The notes under the pieces were generated by a model that worked only from the letters and a program-made list of their open reading frames with translations, searched no databases and was not told the origin of the DNA. A DNA stretch of 31,508 nucleotides from an uncultured Candidatus Poseidoniales archaeon (GTDB taxonomy: Archaea > Thermoplasmatota > Poseidoniia > Poseidoniales > Thalassarchaeaceae), in the NCBI GenBank assembly GCA_964016325.1, contig CAXHFZ010000001.1, forward strand, positions 1 through 31,508, in the 5' to 3' direction. The translations under genes and the position numbers were made by a program. This document shows, one piece after another, positions 7,525 to 14,751 of the stretch (position 1 is its first letter; each line of letters opens with the position of its first letter).

Positions 7525-8757
7525 TCACTCCAAATCTAAGCCGGATTTGAACTCATCCAATGAAGCTCTCATCTCGGGAATCAGTTTTACATCTGGATAG
7601 GTCCTAATAACTAGTCCATCCATGTACATAAGTGAGCGTATTATGGGGAATCCCTCTTCCCCATAGTCAGCTCCAGCATTCTCAACTGCAGATCTCACGG
7701 TTTTCATCATCACTTCTGTCAAACTCTGCTGGCCAACACTCAAATTTTCGAAGTCATTGTAGATCAGATGCATATCTTTTTTGAATTGGTTTACTTCATC
7801 TGATCTTGGTCTTCTCTCTGCAAGAGAAATGAGGGATTCAAAGGCCAAGTCTTTGTCATCTGCAGACAAATGATAGAAGAAGTTGAAAAGGGATCTGCTG
7901 ACTTTTCTTGGGGCCTCGCATATCGCTCCGTTGTCAATAAAGACGAAATTTCCATCGGGATCCATTATACAGTTACCCGGATGAAGATCTCCATGGAAAG
8001 TTCCTATCCCGAACATGAAAGCACCATGAATTCTGAATAGCTCAAGAAGATCCTCCCATTCTAAGCTGGAGGACTCAATGCCTTGTTCCAAGGTTTGTCC
8101 TTTAACGAATTCAGAAACTAGGACATGTCTGTTGGAGAGATCTGGATAGTATACCGGGAATCTAAGTCTAGGCATAGGAAAATCACTTGATAGATCTTCC
8201 TTGATTGTACTGAGTCTGGAAGCTCCGTTTATCTCATTTCGTAGATCTAACTCACGGAGTGTATAGTCTTCAACATGCTCTAATAGAGCAATTGGATTTC
8301 CTACCTTTCTTAGTTTTGGGGAGATAACCAAAGCAATTTTGAGCCATCGGCTCATTCTTTTCACATCTCTCTTAAACTTCTTTTCATGATCATCTTTGAT
8401 TATTTTCACGACGACTTCTTCTCCTGATTTCAGTCTTGCTCTGTGTACCTGGCCGACTGATGCGGCGGCCAGAGGCTCTACATCAAACCACGAGATTTCA
8501 TCGTGATACGCATCTGGAGCCTTGTCTTTCAATATCCTAAACACATCTTCCGTTGGTATAGTGGAAGCATTACTGTACAAGGTCTGAAGTTGCTTGCACT
8601 TCTCTAGGCTGATGATGTCCGGTCTAAGAGCAAATATCTGAGCTAGTTTGACCGCGAGTAGTCCCTGACTCTCTATCCATCCCAGATTGGCAGGAGATTT
8701 TCGAGTAACCTGCCTCATGAAGAGTGTGAACTTGAGTAGACGCACAATAATACGCAA
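7525..8757 (-). CDS. ABC1/AarF/UbiB family atypical kinase
   Basis: VKLAQIFALRPD, PLAAASVGQVHRARL-GEEVVVK, ELDLRNE, FHGDLHPGN and FIDNG. Start uncertain (TTG 8757, GTG 8745 or ATG 8719). Confidence 0.87.
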   Translation of the reverse strand: MRIIVRLLKFTLFMRQVTRKSPANLGWIESQGLLAVKLAQIFALRPDIISLEKCKQLQTLYSNASTIPTEDVFRILKDKAPDAYHDEISWFDVEPLAAASVGQVHRARLKSGEEVVVKIIKDDHEKKFKRDVKRMSRWLKIALVISPKLRKVGNPIALLEHVEDYTLRELDLRNEINGASRLSTIKEDLSSDFPMPRLRFPVYYPDLSNRHVLVSEFVKGQTLEQGIESSSLEWEDLLELFRIHGAFMFGIGTFHGDLHPGNCIMDPDGNFVFIDNGAICEAPRKVSRSLFNFFYHLSADDKDLAFESLISLAERRPRSDEVNQFKKDMHLIYNDFENLSVGQQSLTEVMMKTVRSAVENAGADYGEEGFPIIRSLMYMDGLVIRTYPDVKLIPEMRASLDEFKSGLDLE

Positions 8758-8795
8758 GGAACTATGAATATAATGTGATGTATGTATTCTGATGA

Positions 8796-10154
8796 CTAAC
8801 TGTTGAAATTAATATCATATTTCACAGAGTTTTCAGCATTTTCAATCGTTGTCCTTGTAATCTCCACGCTTGAGTCATCAGAGTATCTTGAGAGAAGAGC
8901 TCCCTCGATTATTCCATCGTCCAAGGAGTGTATTGGGAGTCCGCCTGGCTTACTTGACGGGTGCTCTACTAAGATGTGGAATAGGGGATCTATATCGTAG
9001 CTGAGTTGTCCAAGTCCTGCATACTCCCACCAATCCATCATCTCATTTAGAAACTCAATATTTCCCTCAATATTCCTTAAGGAGAATGATAGTTCCTGAC
9101 CAACTCTATTTCCCACCTGTCTGAGAAGATGCTGGACGTCTATTCCGAATGCGGAAAGAGCCTCAATACCACCAGATTCTAGATTTCTTCTAGCATCACT
9201 TATTTCGAGTCCTGAAGCAAGGAACGCATCTGGATTGAATGGCGTATCTCCTTCTGGGATATCATCAGATATCTGAAGAACATCTCTGATTTTCTCGAGG
9301 AATGAGCCACTATCAATAGTTAGCTTCAGAGGGTCTACAATTCTCTCCTCGGTGAACCTTTTTGAGGCTACCTCGTAAGGTATTGCCTCCTCCCATATTG
9401 TATCCAGAAGATTTTTCTGCGATTCTGCGAAAGACTCAGATTCAACTGTCAGAGCTGCGTCATTCTTTCCTCTTCCAACGGGGTTCTCCTCCATACTGAG
9501 GTACTGAACAACCTCAAAGTCGTCTACTAATGCGCTCTGTGCGTCCAAGTCATCAGAGTGACGGATCTCTACTGATTCATGGAGATCGTTGTAGAATCTG
9601 ATAGTCCTTCTTTCGAGCTGTGAAAGTACCCTGACTCTGACTCCTCGGGAGGCCGCATCGTTTACTGCCTGCAATGCACTACTTCTGCACAGATGAAGAA
9701 TACCGAACTTTCCGAGAGTCAAGACAATCTCATCCTGAGCCTCTTCAGCCATCTTTTCGATCCTTTTCATAATGTGGACCCTTTCCTTCAGGACAGCAAA
9801 CTTGGGCTCATCGTCCGAGATTCCTTTCTCAACTGGAGACGAGTACTTTGATCCACTTTGAATATCTTCAAGCCCCTGCTCTATCCTCTTCAGTTGTTCC
9901 TTTCTGATTTCTATCAAGTGAGTGACAGCACTGTCCAGCGGAGGGCTAGAGAATCTCATTGGCCTATCAGCGGTTGTTGTTACTAGTCCTATCCTCTGCA
10001 GTCTCTCGAGCGAGTTGTAAGCATCTAGCCGCGTGGTATCAAGTTCTTTAGCTAGCTCACTAGCCTTGATGTTAGATTTTCTGGACAGTACCGTTAATGC
10101 GTTGATTTCCCTCTCAGAAAGACCGGCATCTGTGAGAATCTGGCTCCATGTCAG
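8796..10154 (-). CDS. TrmB-family transcriptional regulator with C-terminal V4R-like domain; probable CTG start
   Basis: The frame of ORF 8796..9959 stays open 65 codons further upstream and encodes the HTH (TWSQILTDAGLSEREINALTVLSRKSNIKASELAKELDTTRLDAYNSLERLQRIGLVTTTADRP). There is an in-frame TGA just upstream and no ATG/GTG/TTG in that stretch. CTG at 10154 overlaps the upstream stop as CTGA. Confidence 0.82.
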   Translation of the reverse strand: MTWSQILTDAGLSEREINALTVLSRKSNIKASELAKELDTTRLDAYNSLERLQRIGLVTTTADRPMRFSSPPLDSAVTHLIEIRKEQLKRIEQGLEDIQSGSKYSSPVEKGISDDEPKFAVLKERVHIMKRIEKMAEEAQDEIVLTLGKFGILHLCRSSALQAVNDAASRGVRVRVLSQLERRTIRFYNDLHESVEIRHSDDLDAQSALVDDFEVVQYLSMEENPVGRGKNDAALTVESESFAESQKNLLDTIWEEAIPYEVASKRFTEERIVDPLKLTIDSGSFLEKIRDVLQISDDIPEGDTPFNPDAFLASGLEISDARRNLESGGIEALSAFGIDVQHLLRQVGNRVGQELSFSLRNIEGNIEFLNEMMDWWEYAGLGQLSYDIDPLFHILVEHPSSKPGGLPIHSLDDGIIEGALLSRYSDDSSVEITRTTIENAENSVKYDINFNS

Positions 10155-10627
10155 GAGGATCGCCCCCCATCAGTTATTTTGCTGAGTGAGTCTAGAATCC
10201 TTGCAACATGCCTCCTGGGTCTGAAGAGCCAGTCATAGACATGATGGATTGTATTGTCAGGGCCTATAACAAAGGAAGATTTGGCGGGGAAAGCCCCTAG
10301 ATGAACTGGGACTTTGAACATGTCTGCAACCTTTCTATCGGAATCTGATAGAAGGATGAAGGGGAGTTCAAGTTCCTGCTTGAATTCTCTGTGTTGCTGG
10401 ACAGAGTCTTGACTTATTCCGATTACTTCTACCGATGGCTCCAGTGAGCGAAACAGGTCATATTGTTGCTTGAAGTTAAGACATCCTCTTTTGCACGTTG
10501 GAGAGCCAGCCTTAGCATAGAAGAATACCACTTTCCAGGATCCATCCAAGTCACTGAATTTGAATTCCTCACCGTCGCTAGTCTGCAACGAGAAATCTGG
10601 TGCTTTCTGACCTACCATTGATGACAT
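10151..10627 (-). CDS. bcp: Peroxiredoxin BCP/PrxQ-like (AhpC/TSA) protein with non-canonical active-site residues
   Basis: GQKAPDFSL, VVFFYAKAGSPTCKRGC, VIGISQDS...HREF...LPFILLSD. Start set at ATG 10627, after GGAGAG. Confidence 0.82.
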   Translation of the reverse strand: MSSMVGQKAPDFSLQTSDGEEFKFSDLDGSWKVVFFYAKAGSPTCKRGCLNFKQQYDLFRSLEPSVEVIGISQDSVQQHREFKQELELPFILLSDSDRKVADMFKVPVHLGAFPAKSSFVIGPDNTIHHVYDWLFRPRRHVARILDSLSKITDGGRSS

Positions 10628-10658
10628 TGACAATCTCTCCGGTGGCACGAACGGTTTC

Positions 10659-11273
10659 TTATATGTCAAGTATGTGGCCCATTCTCTTACCCTTAGTGGA
10701 TAGATAGTGTATGTTCTCTAGTGAAACGCCTGAGATGTGTTCAATTCTTCTTTCGACGTGAATACCATTGTTTCTGAGACCCTGAATTTTGAGTGGATTG
10801 TTCGTCATTAGCCTTACTCTCTCAACCCCAGCATCCTGGAGCATTTTGGCGGCAATCCCATATTCTCTTGCATCTGCTGGAAGGCCCAGAGCAAGGTTGG
10901 CATCAAGAGTGTCGTACCCTATGTCTTGAAGTGCGTAGGCCTGTATTTTTGAGTGTAGACCTATGCCTCTTCCTTCTTGTCTGAGGTACACTACCGCCCC
11001 GCATCCTTCTTCCTGGATTTTCCTCATCGCGGCTTCCAGTTGCGGACCGCAGTCACACTTCATGGACCCAAATGCGTCCCCTGTAAGACACTCTGAATGT
11101 ATCCTTACCAGAGGAGCCTCACCGTTAGATATGTCTCCTGTGTATAATAACGCGTGCTCTTTCCCGTTGGAGTCTTTGGTAACTCTTACTCTAAAGTTTC
11201 CAAACTCCGTAGGAAGGTAGGCATCTGCTTCAATTTCGATTGGTTCAGCATCTTTCCTGACTTGTATGGTCAT
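10659..11273 (-). CDS. ribA: GTP cyclohydrolase II (monofunctional)
   Basis: LPTEFGNF, VRIHSECLTGDAFGSMKCDCGPQL, YLRQEGRGIGL, LMTNNPLK and YLSTKGKRMGH. The true start is ATG 11273; the 92 extra codons in the ORF track run over the intergenic region and the photolyase start. Confidence 0.95.
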   Translation of the reverse strand: MTIQVRKDAEPIEIEADAYLPTEFGNFRVRVTKDSNGKEHALLYTGDISNGEAPLVRIHSECLTGDAFGSMKCDCGPQLEAAMRKIQEEGCGAVVYLRQEGRGIGLHSKIQAYALQDIGYDTLDANLALGLPADAREYGIAAKMLQDAGVERVRLMTNNPLKIQGLRNNGIHVERRIEHISGVSLENIHYLSTKGKRMGHILDI

Positions 11274-11297
11274 GTTAGTTCTGCGATCACATGAGGT

Positions 11298-11346
11298 TAT
11301 GAATGAGTGTTTGAAATCCAACAGGAAAGAAAACACCGCCTTATAT
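11298..11346. promoter_or_regulatory. Putative back-to-back promoters for ribA (TTCATA, minus strand, 11303-11298) and photolyase (TTATAT, plus strand, 11341-11346)
   Basis: TATA-like hexamers 24 nt upstream of ribA ATG 11273 and 22 nt upstream of photolyase ATG 11369. Positional inference only. Confidence 0.4.
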
Positions 11347-11368
11347 GGTTGAGTGAATGAATATGAAC

Positions 11369-12925
11369 ATGATTGGAGTATCGGGGGGTGTGGTTTGCGT
11401 GTCTTCTCCGAGAGTTCGGAGATTAAATGATGAGTCCATAGACGACTCGGGTGAGTTCGTGCTCTACTGGATGACCTCAGTACGAAGGTATCACTACAAC
11501 TCTGCCATGGACAGGGCAATCGAGTTATGCCAAGAGCTAGGAAAACCACTACTGGTGGTCGAGTGCATTTCTGTCAGACACGAGTGGTCCAGCGAGAGAG
11601 TTCTGACGTTTGTTGCGCAGGGAATGGTAGACAACATTTCCATTTTCTCAGATAATGGAATCACCTACTTGCCATGGATTGAGAATCACCTTGACTCGGG
11701 AGACGGTATGCTCAAGAAACTCTCAACAAAGGCTTGTGCAGTCATAATTGATGATTATCCCACATACCTACCTCGATGGGTCATGGAAAGAGCCAGCAAA
11801 ACGTGTAAGGTAAGCGTCGAAGCTGTGGATTCTAACGGGATAATTCCGATGAGTTACGCTGACAAGGCACACAAAACTGCATACTCTTTCAGAAAGCACG
11901 TGCAGAAGAGTCTGTACGGTGCCCTGTCTACAATTCCCAATGAGAATCCGATGAGTGGAATTAGCTCAGATTTATCTATGGACATGTCTAGATTTGATGA
12001 CATTGTCGAAGAGTTGGATATCGAGTTTCCTCCTCTGGAATGGATCTGGAGAGTTGCTGAGGGAGGTAGTGTTGGCAAGAAGGCCATGGCGCCTTTAACG
12101 ATGGATCATGAGGTGTACGCTGTAGACTCAATGAAGGGAGGATATTTCGAGGCAGTCTCAAGATTGGGGAGATTCCTCGAAAAGAGGTTGCAAAACTATT
12201 CCGAGGGAAGGAATGACGCAGATAATCCGGCAGTTAGTGGGCTATCTCCATGGCTACATTTTGGACATATCTCCAGCTTTAGGATCGTCAAAGAGGTCCT
12301 TGAAAAGGAAAACTGGACCTATGACTCGGTTTGTGTAGAAGACACTGGAAGAGGTTCTAGGTCAGGATGGTGGGGACTATCAGAATCTGCGGAGTCTTTT
12401 CTCGATCAAATTATCACATGGAGAGAGCTAGGATTCAACTTCGCACACTACAGGAGAGACCACAACACGCTAGATTCCATACCAAATTGGGCTAAGGAAA
12501 CTCTCAACGAGCATAGAGATGACGAGCGTGTAAAATATACTTTTGAAGAGATTGAAGGCGCGAAGACCAATGACGAGGTATGGAATTCAGCTCAGAGACA
12601 ATTACTCAGAACTGGACACATGCACAATTACTTGAGAATGCTCTGGGGGAAGAGAATCCTAGAATGGTCACCGGACCCTGAGACAGCAGCAGATTGGATG
12701 ATAAGGATTAATGATAGATGGGCCCTAGACGGTAGAGACCCAAACTCGTACACTGGAATCTTCTGGGTTCTGGGAAGGCATGACAGGGCATGGGGCCCCG
12801 AGAGACCTATCTTTGGAAAGGTTAGGTATATGTCTTCTGCGAATACAAAAAGGAAGCTGAAGCTGGATGGTTATCTCTCCAGATGGGCTGAGGATGCCCC
12901 TCTTCCTAAGAGTCTTCGAAGGTGA
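11369..12925 (+). CDS. phr: Class II CPD DNA photolyase
   Basis: [68 protein letters not shown] and [19 protein letters not shown]. Start uncertain (ATG 11369, or GTG 11399 after GGGGGGTG). Confidence 0.95.
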   Translation: [518 protein letters not shown]

Positions 12926-12929
12926 ATGA

Positions 12930-14327
12930 ATGTACAAGTACACGCATGAAACTGTAGTGGACTCAGATATCAAATCAACCTTCGATTGGTTCGAGCATGA
13001 AGGTTCTTTCAGAAGGCTAATGCCACCTTGGGAGGTAGCCGAGGAAGTCCGTGCAGATGATTCACTAGAGATTGGATCTCAGAGAGTTTTTCGATTTCCA
13101 GCTCCAGGTGCACCATTCCTGAAAATGACTTGGATCGCAGAGCATACTGCCTACGATCCACCTAATCACTTCGCTGATAAGATGGTAAAGGGGCCTTTTT
13201 GGTCGTGGAATCACAATCATGATCTGACTGAGAGTGGAGGTAAAACCACTGTTAGGGACGAAGTTACCTACCAAGTTCCGTTTGGACCTCTTGGGAATCT
13301 AGCAGATAGTATTCTGGGGGGGTGGCTCGTGAAGAGCAGGATATCGAGGATGTTCAAGGCCAGAGAGTTAAGACTTCAGAGAGACATGAAAGAACATGCA
13401 AAATTTTCACAACTTAAGAGGAAGAAAATACTAGTCGCTGGTTCTTCTGGATTAATAGGAACGCAACTAGTTGCATTCCTGGACACGGGTGGGCATGATG
13501 TCTGGAGATTGGTTAGGAGGCCCGCTAAAGAAGGTCTGAAAGAGCTAACTTGGGACCCGACACAGGGATTGATCAATCCTTCCGAGATAGAGGGTTTTGA
13601 TATTGTTATCCACCTTGGTGGTGAAAATATTGGAGAAAAGAGGTGGAGCAAGAAGAGGAAGGAGGCCATAATAGAATCTCGGAGGGACTCCACAATTCTA
13701 CTCTCTGATACTATCAGTAGTCTCAGCAAGAAACCAGAAGCATTCCTTGTAGCCAGTGCTATAGGATTCTATGGAAATAGAGGCGATGAGATCCTCACAG
13801 AAGATAGCCCACAGGGAGAAGGTTTCCTCACGGATACGGTGATAGAATGGGAGTCTTACGCCGAATCAGCTAGAAAGGCTGGAATCCGGGTGATCAACAC
13901 TAGGAATGGGATTGTTCTATCGGCGGCTGGAGGCGCTTTGGAAAGAATGCTCCTCCCATGGAAGTTAGGAGGCGGAGGCCCCCTTGCAGGAGGCAAGCAA
14001 TGGATGTCGTGGATTTCCCTTGATGACGAAATCTATGCCATTCATCATCTGATTATGAACGGAGAGTGCGAGGGTGTTTACAATCTTACTGCCCCTGAGC
14101 CCGTAAGGCAGAAGGTGTTCTCAAAAACTCTGGGAAGAGTTCTTCGCAGGCCCGCTTTCGCTCCGATTCCTGGTTTCTCCATGAAGATTCTTTTCGGTGA
14201 GCTTGCCGGCCCTCTCCTTATAGAAGGGCAAAGAGTACTACCTAGCAGACTTCAGCAGTCTAATTATGAATTCCTCCACAAAGACCTTGAGTCAGCGCTT
14301 AGAGACTCTCTTGGTGTTTGGAGGTAG
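12930..14327 (+). CDS. SRPBCC-domain / TIGR01777-family NAD-dependent epimerase fusion
   Basis: N-terminal START-like region (FDWFEHEGSFRRLMPPW, F-D-MVKGPFWSW-H-H, RDEVTY) followed by ILVAGSSGLIG, HLGGENI...RWS, GGGPLAGGKQWMSWISLDD and GQRVLPSRL. Confidence 0.9.
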   Translation: MYKYTHETVVDSDIKSTFDWFEHEGSFRRLMPPWEVAEEVRADDSLEIGSQRVFRFPAPGAPFLKMTWIAEHTAYDPPNHFADKMVKGPFWSWNHNHDLTESGGKTTVRDEVTYQVPFGPLGNLADSILGGWLVKSRISRMFKARELRLQRDMKEHAKFSQLKRKKILVAGSSGLIGTQLVAFLDTGGHDVWRLVRRPAKEGLKELTWDPTQGLINPSEIEGFDIVIHLGGENIGEKRWSKKRKEAIIESRRDSTILLSDTISSLSKKPEAFLVASAIGFYGNRGDEILTEDSPQGEGFLTDTVIEWESYAESARKAGIRVINTRNGIVLSAAGGALERMLLPWKLGGGGPLAGGKQWMSWISLDDEIYAIHHLIMNGECEGVYNLTAPEPVRQKVFSKTLGRVLRRPAFAPIPGFSMKILFGELAGPLLIEGQRVLPSRLQQSNYEFLHKDLESALRDSLGVWR

Positions 14328-14331
14328 TTTG

Positions 14332-14751
14332 ATGGAGGGCGGCGCCCGAGTAAGGAATATTTCTAACGCAGGAAGAAGAAATAGATTCTACGGTTCGATC
14401 ATATTGTTTTTGCTTGCGATTATCGTGAATATTGTGTATCTAATCGTAGGAAATCCGCCCACGCTGAATCCTGATTATAATCCGACTCTTCTCATCGTGA
14501 CAGCAATCACATTATCTGGTCTAAACATAGCAGGATTTCTAGTACTTATGGAGTCAGCCACTCAAGTGTGTGTTTACCATGGGTTCCTGGGAACACATGA
14601 GTCTTCATCCGGCGCCAAGAAGCACGAAGATGAGTCGGTTGCTCGAGCATGTAGGAGTAAAAGCTGGAGCATAATTTCTCAGTCGACAGTCTTCGGTATT
14701 ATTTTGACAACTATCTCACTTTGGCTACTCTCTAAATTTATGGTCAATTAG
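14332..14751 (+). CDS. Hypothetical membrane protein (about three TM helices, two Cys)
   Basis: ATG 14332 lies 4 nt after the previous stop, with GAGGT upstream. RNIS-x-GRRNR precedes hydrophobic segments. Overlaps the MMPL 3' end convergently by 8 nt. Confidence 0.68.
   Translation: MEGGARVRNISNAGRRNRFYGSIILFLLAIIVNIVYLIVGNPPTLNPDYNPTLLIVTAITLSGLNIAGFLVLMESATQVCVYHGFLGTHESSSGAKKHEDESVARACRSKSWSIISQSTVFGIILTTISLWLLSKFMVN

Noticed and set aside
11304-11312. 9-mer AAACACTCA upstream of ribA, upstream of the SSS gene (24267-24275) and at 22061-22069
   Set aside because: Found post hoc. One copy is in coding sequence, spacing to starts is inconsistent, and there is no palindromy, so it is compatible with chance.
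11357-11374. ATGAAT-ATGAAC-ATGATT 6 nt periodic repeat near the photolyase start as a regulator operator
   Set aside because: Short, degenerate and AT-rich. It does not match the longer-period direct repeats of CarH-type operators and has no clear second copy in the cluster.
11274-11549. 92 aa N-terminal extension of RibA in the ORF track
   Set aside because: It overlaps the divergent intergenic region and the photolyase start, has no protein-like character, and RibA homology begins just after Met 11273.
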